DNA of 32,000 bases from Candidatus Micrarchaeum sp. (GCF_016806735.1 NZ_CP060530.1:450001-482000); one strand, 5' to 3'; positions 1-7,652 are shown, counted from the first letter of the stretch. The notes: generated from the sequence alone by a model not told the origin. Translations and numbers: made by a program.

Positions 1-871
1 CGAGCTCGTCCTCTGTCTGCAGTACGACTACTCCTTTCTGCGAGTCCCCTTCATTGAGCAGCTGGTTTGCCTCTATGTAAGTGCTCTCGTCGCTTGCAGG
101 GGTTATCGGATAATACGACTGGAAGCCAAGCCCTCCGTAGAGCTTGCCCATCGCAGATATTGTATTCCCGTCCAGCTGTACTCTGTGCCCCTGCGCCTGC
201 AACTGCTTTAAGCCATAAGCGTCCTTGGCCTGCGACATGCCCGCCTGCGCTGCAAGAGTGTTCAGGTTTAAGAACGTCTCCTTCTTTGCAAAAGTGAATT
301 TTATGGCATCAATTAGCAGCTGCTGGTCAAGGCCCAGAAGCGCAAACGAAGCTCCAGCGCACAGCATGTTCCTGGCTTTCTCCGCGACGAACGGATCCAT
401 CTTGAGCTGGTTTATTATGTTTTTCATGAGCGGGCCGTAGTCTACAGCTACGGTCTTCACTCCCTTTCCGGAAACGTATTTCACAACGTCGCCTATTGTA
501 ATTCCTAAGCCTGCTTTTTCAAGTATCGCTGCCTGCCTCTCCGCTATCTCGGGCTCTAGAGACCTTACCTTGTCCATGGCCATGGACTCCTGCGCCTTGT
601 CGTATATGAGCCAGCTCTTTACTTCGTCAAAATGCTGGAATACGGTCTCGGCGTCAAAAGTAGCCAGTATATCCACCTTTGTCTCTACGCTGTGCTGCGG
701 CTTGTCGCTTATCACAACGTTGAAATAGCTGTGCCTGCCCTTTATGTTTGAAAAATACTCCCTGCTTCCGAATATGTAATATCCCGCTTTTGCGACAGCG
801 TTGCCGAACAGGTTTGCCGATGTGTCCACTCCGGTTCCCTGCGCCCCGCCTATCATCCAGCTTAGCCTCAT
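1..871 (-). CDS. 2-oxoacid:ferredoxin oxidoreductase, fused gamma/alpha-type subunit (N-terminal part; gene runs off the left window edge)
   Basis: Absent from the ORF track because it has no stop in the window. I checked the minus-strand frame codon by codon from the ATG at 869-871 down to position 2 and found no stop. Translation: MRLSWMIGGAQGTGVDTSANLFGNAVAKAGYYIFGSREYFSNIKGRHSYF... LDGNTISAMGKLYGGLGFQSYYPITPASDES. These are the gamma-domain start and the alpha-domain YPITPAS motif of OFOR/PFOR enzymes. AGGTGA lies just upstream of the ATG. Confidence 0.85.
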   Translation of the reverse strand, partial: MRLSWMIGGAQGTGVDTSANLFGNAVAKAGYYIFGSREYFSNIKGRHSYFNVVISDKPQHSVETKVDILATFDAETVFQHFDEVKSWLIYDKAQESMAMDKVRSLEPEIAERQAAILEKAGLGITIGDVVKYVSGKGVKTVAVDYGPLMKNIINQLKMDPFVAEKARNMLCAGASFALLGLDQQLLIDAIKFTFAKKETFLNLNTLAAQAGMSQAKDAYGLKQLQAQGHRVQLDGNTISAMGKLYGGLGFQSYYPITPASDESTYIEANQLLNEGDSQKGVVVLQTEDEL

Positions 872-891
872 TTATTCACCTGATTAGCAAT

Positions 892-904
892 AGATTTAAA
901 GTAT
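892..904 (-). promoter_or_regulatory. TATA/BRE-like box (plus strand AGATTTAAAGTAT) about 26 nt upstream of the oxidoreductase ATG
   Basis: A/T box at the canonical archaeal distance. Nearly the same 13-14 nt string recurs at 1623-1636, at the same distance from the next gene start. Confidence 0.45.
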
Positions 905-994
905 ATTAAACATTTCGTGAAAAGGAGTGAACCTGGTGCGTCGCAAGCGACCGCTTCCACCAATGCGGAAATGATTGCGTGCAGCATTTGCTTC

Positions 995-1603
995 TTACAC
1001 TGTATTATTAATCGCGTAAAGCATCGTGCTTATGGTCGCGTTCGGGTTTATATATCTTCCAGGGGTCTGTGTAACTGTTGCCGTATATATGGAATAATTT
1101 TTCATGAAAATGATTCCATAAAGCTCAGAACTTCCGGATTTGAGTATCACGCCGATATAATCCTTTGGCATATCCTTTATGTAGGTAGCGCCGCTCCCGC
1201 TGAAATTGGATATATAATCGTAGGCAGCGTTTGCAGTCTTACTGTCCGAATACGTTAGGGTCCTTATGACAAGGCTGGAGTTCTGGGACGTATAAGTAAC
1301 AAGTCTTCCGCTTACAAAGCCGTTGGATACAGGTACCTGCTCACTGCCGCTGAACAGGCCCACTTCGCTATTGTAGCTGTAATTCGCAATGCTGAGCCTT
1401 TCCAAATTCGCTGTGGTAGTCGATGAAATCGTCGAAACTGTTGTGGCCCTATTAGATATCGATGTAGTGATACTGCCATTAGGCTTCGAAGGCAAAGTTA
1501 CGACCAAAACAAAAACCGCCAAAACTACCATTATAACCAAAATAGCAAGCACGGTAGTCCATTTATCCGCAAAATCACCAAAATGCCTTATTTCCTCATC
1601 CAC
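995..1603 (-). CDS. N-terminally membrane-anchored, sequon-rich exported protein (hypothetical; paralogue group with 1644-2270)
   Basis: 202-aa ORF with one N-terminal TM segment (WTTVLAILVIMVVLAVFVLVV), a Ser/Thr linker and a beta-rich ectodomain with many N-x-S/T sites. Its own TATA-like box lies at 1623-1636. Confidence 0.6.
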   Translation of the reverse strand: MDEEIRHFGDFADKWTTVLAILVIMVVLAVFVLVVTLPSKPNGSITTSISNRATTVSTISSTTTANLERLSIANYSYNSEVGLFSGSEQVPVSNGFVSGRLVTYTSQNSSLVIRTLTYSDSKTANAAYDYISNFSGSGATYIKDMPKDYIGVILKSGSSELYGIIFMKNYSIYTATVTQTPGRYINPNATISTMLYAINNTV

Positions 1604-1622
1604 ATAAAAATTGCATGCAAAC

Positions 1623-1636
1623 AGATTTAAAAGTAT
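1623..1636 (-). promoter_or_regulatory. TATA/BRE-like box (plus strand AGATTTAAAAGTAT) about 26 nt upstream of the ATG at 1603
   Basis: Same motif and spacing as 892-904. Confidence 0.45.
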
Positions 1637-1643
1637 CCCAAGA

Positions 1644-2270
1644 TCAATAATTCGCCTTGTAACTGTACAACAATTTATCTATCAGATATTCTGACGAGGT
1701 CTCACAAAATGATTCGTTTCCACTGCTGCACATGAAAAGCCCATTTCTAAGATAAAATGCAACTCCATATTTTTTGTAATTTATGCCGTTTGGGAAACGC
1801 ATGTTCATGCTGAGTATCTTTAGCCTTATTCCCTTATAAGAAACGCTAGATATGTTGACGCTGTAATTCGCGACTTCATAACCATAGAAGCTGTTTATAT
1901 AAGAATCATTTTCGAATTCAGAAAATGCCAGCGAAGAATTTTTAAATACAAAAGCCGTTATGGACTTGCCAAGTGAAACATCGCCAAGTACGTCAATGCC
2001 ATCGAAACCTGTGATATTGCCAACTCCGTAATCTGGCAGCTTGCTGTAAGAAACGTTGCCAAAAACCATATACCCGTAATAATCAAAATACCTGCTTCCG
2101 ACCAAATTTAGCGTATCCACAAGGCCAGTAGTGCTAAAAAGCGTATTGTTTTTAACTGCTCCTCTTCCTGCCGAAACATTAACAAGCCCAAAGTATGCAG
2201 CAGTCAAAAAAATTACAGCTAATACCAACGCATAAGCTAATTTCTCTGTTTTGTAATTCTTTGCCTGCAT
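1644..2270 (-). CDS. N-terminally membrane-anchored, sequon-rich exported protein (hypothetical)
   Basis: 208-aa ORF with an N-terminal TM (LAYALVLAVIFLTAAYFGLV). It starts only 16 nt downstream of the preceding gene, so it is likely co-transcribed. The ectodomain has local similarity to the 995-1603 product (for example SSLAFSEFENDSYINSF versus SKTANAAYDYISNF, and YGVAFYLRNG versus YGIIFMKNY). Confidence 0.6.
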   Translation of the reverse strand: MQAKNYKTEKLAYALVLAVIFLTAAYFGLVNVSAGRGAVKNNTLFSTTGLVDTLNLVGSRYFDYYGYMVFGNVSYSKLPDYGVGNITGFDGIDVLGDVSLGKSITAFVFKNSSLAFSEFENDSYINSFYGYEVANYSVNISSVSYKGIRLKILSMNMRFPNGINYKKYGVAFYLRNGLFMCSSGNESFCETSSEYLIDKLLYSYKANY

Positions 2271-2286
2271 TGCCCGTTACCCATTA

Positions 2287-3159
2287 CTATTTTGCAGCTT
2301 CCGATATAAAGCGGCTATAAAAATTGGAAGAATAATTATATAATGCCGTATTGTTTGCTTTGCCCTCAAACCACCATACAGACGTTACCAGAGCGACGTT
2401 TTTGTAAACGACTTTAGTTATCTGCCATTCTAAATTCGGCTTAGGCCCTATATAATAAGTCTGTGTCAGGTTGAGCCCCGCATTTGTGAAATTCGAGAAA
2501 TTCATAACGTATGCATTAATCCCATCTATCTTGGCGCTGCTTTTTGAATAAAGCGAATTTTTTGATATTTCTGAAAAGATTTTCTGGCAATATCCTCCGG
2601 TTCCATTTATTATCGATAAATATCTGCCCAATGAACCATTTATATTTTCTACTCCGAATGACACAAATATCGGCTCTGACGTATTAAGCGTTGAGAAATT
2701 TATGGCGCCTGGGGGCACAGGTACCCCTTTCTGTGCATAATCTACAAAATGCTCCGTATAATTGCAATAAGTGTCACTGTATACAAAGGTGCCGAGATTT
2801 TTCAATTTCGTATTGAACGAGAAATTGCCTAAGTATGTGCTGGATTCGTTTATTGATATAGGGCTTGAAGTTGTGGTGTTTGTAATATGTTGCAATGGCA
2901 AATATATGCCAAAATTATGGAGAACAAGTATTATCAACAAAAGCAATATAACGACAAGCGCTGTGGCAGCCAAATAGTGTTTTAGCTTTCCGCTATTGGA
3001 TTCCGGCTCTTTAATTCCTAGGTAAGTGAATTTGTCATCGTATGGCTCTTTCTGTGGCGTATTGTCTACAGCTTGCATACCTGACTGGTTAGTATTATTA
3101 TTGTCATTACCAATTCCTGCATCGTCGACTCGGTAATTCGAATATTTCAAAACGACCAC
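2287..3159 (-). CDS. membrane-anchored, heavily sequon-rich exported protein (hypothetical)
   Basis: 290-aa ORF. A GTG start at 3157-3159 directly abuts the upstream stop at 3160-3162; an alternative ATG lies at 3078. It has a cytoplasmic N-tail, one TM (YLAATALVVILLLLIILVL) and about 15 N-x-S/T sequons. Confidence 0.6.
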   Translation of the reverse strand: MVVLKYSNYRVDDAGIGNDNNNTNQSGMQAVDNTPQKEPYDDKFTYLGIKEPESNSGKLKHYLAATALVVILLLLIILVLHNFGIYLPLQHITNTTTSSPISINESSTYLGNFSFNTKLKNLGTFVYSDTYCNYTEHFVDYAQKGVPVPPGAINFSTLNTSEPIFVSFGVENINGSLGRYLSIINGTGGYCQKIFSEISKNSLYSKSSAKIDGINAYVMNFSNFTNAGLNLTQTYYIGPKPNLEWQITKVVYKNVALVTSVWWFEGKANNTALYNYSSNFYSRFISEAAK

Positions 3160-4311
3160 TCATGCTATTTTTACATCGGTTAATGCACCATTTACTATGT
3201 AATCATTTGTGCCGTTCGTATAAATGTTGTAAACCGGATAAGCGCCTGTCAAGTAAGTGACATTCCTAACAGATACCCAGCTCATATTGTAAGGATCATA
3301 AATGCTCCAGCCCGGTTTTATTACACTTGGATTTTTAACCCATCCTGTGTATGTCCCGTTTCTAACGTACATCGGCTGATCTGAAGGCGTAACACCTATC
3401 TTTCCGTTTATCATTTCAAGGAATTGCGAGTAGGATTCTGTTATGTATGTTATGCGTTCCTTTGTCAGCTTCATGCCGAATGTGTTATATCCGTAGACAA
3501 CTTCGCCAATTTTGAGATTCGAAACTGTAACATACGTGCCGTTAAATGCTAAAATGGTATCATTGCCAGATACACAACCGCCGCCGCCTCCTGTGACCGA
3601 AGTTGTACTGGTGGAAGTGGATGTAGTGCTAGTCGTTGTGGATGTGGTTCCATCAATAGCACATCCGGAAGGGCTGCAGCTATTACCGCTAGTATCTGAG
3701 CACCCTGTGCTGCTGCCTGTGGTGCAGGAATAAACCGTAAAGCAATCAGCACCTAAGTGTGCGCAGTCATATGCATCGCATTCAGGCCCACTCGCATAAC
3801 TTCCAGAAGTGCAGCTTAATATCGTCGTAGTGCTCGTTGACGTCGTAGATGTTGAAGTCGACGTAGTTGTTGAAGTAGAAGTGGTTGTCGATGTCGATGT
3901 CGTAGTGCTCGTTGACGTCGTAGTAGATGTTGATGTTGTGCTGGTGCTGGTGGATGTTGTCGACGTTGTTGTGGACGTTGAGGTTGTCGATGTGGAAGTC
4001 GTTGACGTAGATGTGGTGGTTGATGTAGACGTCGTAGTAGATGTTGATGTTGTGCTTGTGGATGTGGAAGTTGTCGATGTGGTTGTACTCGTTGATGTGG
4101 TTGAAGTTGTTGTTGATGTGGAAGTCGTTGATGTAGAAGTAGTAGTGCTCTGGAATACTGCAGTTTCATTTATCGGATTGTTAAGCGTTACCGAAGTGGA
4201 TGTTGCAGTTCCGGAATAGCATCCGGTTCCGGTGCACGTCCAGTCTATGAAAACGTAATGCCCTGTAGTGTTTGGCGTTTCTGATATGGTAACGCTGCTG
4301 GATGGCGCGTA
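3160..4311 (-). CDS. in-frame continuation without its own start codon: beta-repeat remainder, S/T stalk, Cys-rich module, second S/T linker and Hint domain
   Basis: Translation after the TGA: YAPSSSVTISETPNTTGHYVFIDWTCTGTGCYSGTATSTSVTLNNPINETAVFQS-(S/T)109-ILSCTSGSYASGPECDAYDCAHLGADCFTVYSCTTGSSTGCSDTSGNSCSPSGCAIDG-TTSTTTSTTSTSTSTTSVT-GGGGG-CVSGNDTILAFNG... The ORF track shows only the last 104 aa (3160-3474), because the first Met lies there. Confidence 0.7.
   Translation of the reverse strand, partial: YAPSSSVTISETPNTTGHYVFIDWTCTGTGCYSGTATSTSVTLNNPINETAVFQSTTTSTSTTSTSTTTSTTSTSTTTSTTSTSTSTTSTSTTTSTSTTTSTSTTSTSTTSTSTTTSTTSTSTSTTSTSTTTSTSTTTSTSTTTSTSTTTSTSTSTTSTSTTTILSCTSGSYASGPECDAYDCAHLGADCFTVYSCTTGSSTGCSDTSGNSCSPSGCAIDGTTSTTTSTTSTSTSTTSVTGGGGGCVSGNDTILAFNGTYVTVSNLKIGEVVYGYNTFGMKLTKERITYITESYSQFLEMINGKIGVTPSDQPMYVRNGTYTGWVKNPSVIKPGWSIYDPYNMSWVSVRNVTYLTGAYPVYNIYTNGTNDYIVNGALTDVKIA
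3163..3576 (-). other. Hint (Hedgehog/intein-like) domain, about 137 aa, at the extreme C-terminus
   Basis: CVSGNDTILAFNGTYVTVSNLKIGEVVYGYN resembles intein block A (C-x-x-x-[DT]-T-x-[IV]...G...I..L..G). INGKIGVTPSDQPMYV resembles block B. VYNIYTNGTNDYIVNGALTD resembles blocks F/G (VYDL.V...HNF.ANG). There is no terminal HN or C-extein. The Cys is preceded by five Gly, like the Hedgehog G|C site. Confidence 0.6.
3823..4149 (-). repeat. 109-codon uninterrupted Ser/Thr tract built from degenerate in-frame repeats
   Basis: Every codon in this frame is Ser or Thr. For example, the 29-nt string gacgtcgtagtagatgttgatgttgtgct occurs at 3914 and at 4028 (114 nt = 38 codons apart). Confidence 0.9.
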
Positions 4312-5529
4312 TCATGAAGTAGCAGGAGAAACTGTTCCCCCTATGGAAGGCGAAGCGATGTCATAAAGCTCGTACTGTTCCGCATAAGATACGGTGACGT
4401 TCTGGCTCTTGCAGGTCGACACCGTAGCGCTGCCCGAATTGCTGTCGGAAGTGAACCCGTCTATGGTTACGCTCTTGAAAACGAATCTGGTTCCGGATGA
4501 GTTGTATATTATTGGGTCAAAGCTGTACGTGTGCGTAGTGTTGCAGCCCCAGTCGAAATTCGTTGGCTTCTTTGTGAGCTGCGAATATGAATATGAAACG
4601 CCGTCTATGGTTGCAATGCCTGAAGGATTGCTTTGCAGCGACGTCGGTATGTTTGATATGTTGAAGAATATCGGGACTACTGCAACGAAATTTATTGTTT
4701 TTGTCGCATTAAGGCCTGCATAATTGGCATTTACCGTAACATTCGAAACTGTTGTACCCCAAATGTAGTCAATCGCCTGGCCGTTGGTTCCAGTTGTTAC
4801 GAACTGGCTCTGCAGCGAATAAGGTGGAACAGCATTTGTCCCGTTCTTTGTAAATGTTGCAGTCAAGTTCACTGTTGCGCCGCTCTGCGGATATCCCAGA
4901 AGGTCAACCCTTGCAATTAGTTCGTCTTTTGCGTTGTTGGCAGGGTTGGTTGAATTGACTACCGAAAGCGAAAGCGTGTAGCTTGGTGAAACGAGAGGCT
5001 CCGCATGCGCGCTGTAGATGCCTTTGTAAGTCTCCTTAGGAACTGTAGAGCACGAAGAGGGAGAAGATGGTTTAGGGGCAAGGCCGCAATATGATGCATT
5101 AAGATATATGCTTCCGGAGAAGAACTGCCCCAAGGAAGATGATACGTTTGGAACCTTCAACACGCATATGACAGAACCTCCGGGAAGAACGAAAGAGGGT
5201 TTGCATTGCACGGCAGTCGTGTTTTTCCCGTTTACGCTGGCATAAAGTTCAGGATCGTATATGGGATATTTCCGGGAGTTGGTTATGAAGAGGCCCATGG
5301 TGGTTGCATGGGTTGTGGCATTTGTGCCGAAAATCATGTCCTGGCATACTGCACCTGTGAGAAAGCTGCATGTTGATGGAACTATTATCTTTGGGACTGC
5401 GACGTACAGGTAAAGCAGGGATATGACCACTGCAATAATTAGTATTGCCCAGCCGTATGTTATGAGGTATTCCAGTGCGGATTGCGCTCTGGCCCTATAT
5501 TCACTAGGATCTCTGGCAATACCCATCAA
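4312..5529 (-). CDS. archaeal type IV pilin-like surface protein (class III signal peptide), the part upstream of the in-frame TGA
   Basis: The N-terminus MMGIARDPSEYRARA|QSALEYLITYGWAILIIAVVISLLYL fits the class III signal peptide and prepilin-peptidase site pattern [KR][GA]|[Q..][S..] followed by a hydrophobic helix. The rest is a beta-rich domain with more than 10 N-x-S/T sequons. Confidence 0.8.
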   Translation of the reverse strand: MMGIARDPSEYRARAQSALEYLITYGWAILIIAVVISLLYLYVAVPKIIVPSTCSFLTGAVCQDMIFGTNATTHATTMGLFITNSRKYPIYDPELYASVNGKNTTAVQCKPSFVLPGGSVICVLKVPNVSSSLGQFFSGSIYLNASYCGLAPKPSSPSSCSTVPKETYKGIYSAHAEPLVSPSYTLSLSVVNSTNPANNAKDELIARVDLLGYPQSGATVNLTATFTKNGTNAVPPYSLQSQFVTTGTNGQAIDYIWGTTVSNVTVNANYAGLNATKTINFVAVVPIFFNISNIPTSLQSNPSGIATIDGVSYSYSQLTKKPTNFDWGCNTTHTYSFDPIIYNSSGTRFVFKSVTIDGFTSDSNSGSATVSTCKSQNVTVSYAEQYELYDIASPSIGGTVSPATS

Positions 5530-5667
5530 CTCACTTATATAATCAATCTTACTACCTAAACAAAGAATAAATATTAATATGTTTTTCTACTTTGGCATTA
5601 TTGGACCCAGACACAAGATTTAGATATTTGAAAATAGGCATAAAATCGCGTATATGCAAGTGGTTAT

Positions 5668-6225
5668 ATGGAAAATACGCGTTTTGGCATAAAAGTCAAA
5701 TACAAGCACGCACTCAAGCAGCTTGCAAGGTTCTATGGCTCGGAAGTGATAATGGCAGAGCTGAAAAGCTTCAGGGAATATAGCATAATCTCATGCGAAG
5801 AGCACGAAAGGGCACTCAAAGACGTGCTTTTCCTGATGAAAAAGGATTCTGAACGCATAGCAGATTCACTAAGCGGGAAGGAATCTGCCAGTAGCCAAGG
5901 CAAATCTGAATGGCCAAGCACTGCCGAATACGCCGCAAGGATTATACAATGGGCTGAATGTCCTGCAGATGCGGAAACCGTAGATGCTTTGCTCTCGGAA
6001 TCAAGAAGGTATCTGCTTAGGAAAACAAAGAAGATATACGGGTTCTGGTACAGGCACGTTAACAATGAAATGTTTGAAACCGCAATGCTTATGGCATCAA
6101 GAAAAGATTCTGAAGGCCTGGAAAACATAACAAAATTCATGCAGGAATACAGGGATTTCAGGGATAACCTGAAAACCGTGCTGAGAGAATACGGCCCAGC
6201 AGAAAAGAACCTGCTGAGGCGCTGA
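5668..6225 (+). CDS. hypothetical protein (predicted helical, cytoplasmic)
   Basis: 185-aa ORF with balanced composition and no recognisable motif. The overlapping minus-strand ORF 5733-6140 looks like a shadow frame. Confidence 0.5.
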   Translation: MENTRFGIKVKYKHALKQLARFYGSEVIMAELKSFREYSIISCEEHERALKDVLFLMKKDSERIADSLSGKESASSQGKSEWPSTAEYAARIIQWAECPADAETVDALLSESRRYLLRKTKKIYGFWYRHVNNEMFETAMLMASRKDSEGLENITKFMQEYRDFRDNLKTVLREYGPAEKNLLRR

Positions 6226-6230
6226 AGGGC

Positions 6231-6662
6231 TCATCCACTGCCGTTTTTCAATGCGTCTATTATCTGCGATATGAACTTGTCCGCAGCGCTCTTTATCATG
6301 CTGCTTCCCATGGTGGCTGCTATGCCTCCTACATTGACGTCAGCGTCCCAGGATATCTCTGAAGTAGTGCCCTTATCCTTTATATCGAACTTTGAAAGGA
6401 AGTCTATAGAAGTTCCGGCACCGCTTCCATTGCCCTTTACGTCAACATGGGTTCCTTCTACCTTATTTATTGATTTTATCCTTACACTGAATCTGCCCTT
6501 TATAAATGAATAGCCCACCATTACGCTCATCTTGACTCCGTCTCCGTCCTTCTCATAGCTCTGCATTCCTGGGACCAGCTTGGCTATCTTTTCCGGATCT
6601 GAAAGTATTTCGTATGCCTTTTTTGCCGTCATTCCCAGTTCGGCGCTTCCCTGCAGCTTCAT
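6231..6662 (-). CDS. coxG: CoxG-like SRPBCC-fold protein (carbon monoxide dehydrogenase subunit G family)
   Basis: 143 aa: MKLQGSAELGMTAKKAYEILSDPEKIAKLVPGMQSYEKDGDG...FIKGRFSVRIK...SKFISQIIDAL. This is the typical CoxG/COG3427 pattern. The gene lies next to the coxMSL-type genes. Confidence 0.75.
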   Translation of the reverse strand: MKLQGSAELGMTAKKAYEILSDPEKIAKLVPGMQSYEKDGDGVKMSVMVGYSFIKGRFSVRIKSINKVEGTHVDVKGNGSGAGTSIDFLSKFDIKDKGTTSEISWDADVNVGGIAATMGSSMIKSAADKFISQIIDALKNGSG

Positions 6663-6788
6663 TCCATCACCATAAGCTTATTACCAAAAACAATTAATAC
6701 GCTTGAGCATCACTGCCTAAACGCAGATAAAAGGCAAATCGTCTAACGCTTAAATACGTTGCCGCGGCTTAAACTATTGTGGTTGTCC

Positions 6789-7652
6789 ATGCTCCCCAAG
6801 CAATTCGATTATTATGCTCCAAAAAGCTTAAGCGAGGCGCTTGACCTCCTATCCAAAAAAGACGATGCCAAGCTGCTGGCAGGCGGCCAATCCCTTATTC
6901 CCATGATGAAGCTAAGGCTTGCCACTCCTGGCACAATAATAGACATATCCCGTATCCCTGATATTCGTGGAATAAACCGTAAGGGCGATTCCGTTTACAT
7001 AGGCTCAATGGAGCGGATTTCCGAAATAGCATCCGATAAGGAAGTATCGCTGCTGCTTCCTGCGCTCTGTGATGCCGCATCATGCATAGCAGATACCCAG
7101 GTCCGCGACATGGGAACCATTGGGGGCAATATAGCCAACGCGGATCCAAGCAACGACATGCCCGTAGTTGTGCTTGCGTACGGGGCAAAGCTTAACGTTT
7201 TTTCCAAATCCGGATCGCGCAACGAAAGCTCGGATTCGTTTTTCACAGGCCCGTACTCTACAAAGGTGAATTCCGACGAGATTTTGGCATCGGTGGAATT
7301 CAATGTCAAAAAGGCCAGGCACGGCAGCGCCTATTCGCGCGTAGACAGGCAAGTGGGCGATTACGCACTGGCTGCCTGTGCCGCATACCTGGAGCTCGAC
7401 GATAATGGCAGGCTTTCCACGGTAAGGATAGCGGCATCAGGGTGCTCCGATAGGGCAATAAGGCTTGAAGAATCTGAAGCCGTAATGCTTGGCAAAGCTC
7501 CGTCGAAAAAGCTCATAAAGTCGGCTTCGGAAAAGGCATATTCATCCTCAAAAGTCGAGGACAGCTATTACGCCAATGCGGAAACTAAGCGCAGGGCGCT
7601 GTCGCATGTGGTCGAGGACGCGCTCCTAATGGCCGTAAAGCGCATCAGATGA
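6789..7652 (+). CDS. coxM: Mo-hydroxylase medium subunit, FAD-binding (CoxM/XdhB family)
   Basis: MLPKQFDYYAPKSLSEALDLLSKKDDAKLLAGGQSLIPMMKLRLATP...GTIGGNIANADP are FAD-binding PCMH-type motifs. I prefer the ATG at 6789 over the TTG at 6759 listed in the track. The stop overlaps the next start (ATGA). Confidence 0.85.
   Translation: MLPKQFDYYAPKSLSEALDLLSKKDDAKLLAGGQSLIPMMKLRLATPGTIIDISRIPDIRGINRKGDSVYIGSMERISEIASDKEVSLLLPALCDAASCIADTQVRDMGTIGGNIANADPSNDMPVVVLAYGAKLNVFSKSGSRNESSDSFFTGPYSTKVNSDEILASVEFNVKKARHGSAYSRVDRQVGDYALAACAAYLELDDNGRLSTVRIAASGCSDRAIRLEESEAVMLGKAPSKKLIKSASEKAYSSSKVEDSYYANAETKRRALSHVVEDALLMAVKRIR

Larger units (their letters stand above)
3160..5529 (-). pseudogene. interrupted (or read-through) gene: pilin-like surface protein with S/T stalk, Cys-rich module and C-terminal Hint domain; a single in-frame TGA lies at 4312-4314
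   Basis: ORFs 4312-5529 and 3160-3474 share a frame (offset 1152 = 3 x 384). The 279 codons between them contain no stop and no ATG, GTG or TTG. I verified this triplet by triplet on the sequence. Confidence 0.7.

Noticed and set aside
3823-4149. The repetitive DNA as a CRISPR array or non-coding satellite.
   Set aside because: There is no repeat-spacer periodicity. The repeats are degenerate, in multiples of 3, and keep one frame open as pure Ser/Thr.
3809-4219. Long ORFs on both strands over the repeat region: the plus-strand VVDVEVDV-type 136 aa ORF, and the minus-strand Q/H/L/P-rich 117 aa ORF at 3816-4169.
   Set aside because: They are alternative-frame shadows of the Ser/Thr tract. 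The S/T frame is the one continuous with the flanking pilin-like and Hint-domain coding sequence.
4312-4314. The in-frame TGA read as selenocysteine, or as a reassigned Trp/Gly codon (alternative genetic code).
   Set aside because: TGA terminates several well-supported genes in the same window (coxM, coxS, the FtsX-type permease, tnpB). The second interrupted gene uses TAA instead. I cannot evaluate a SECIS-like element by eye. The expected residue is Trp, not Cys/Sec.
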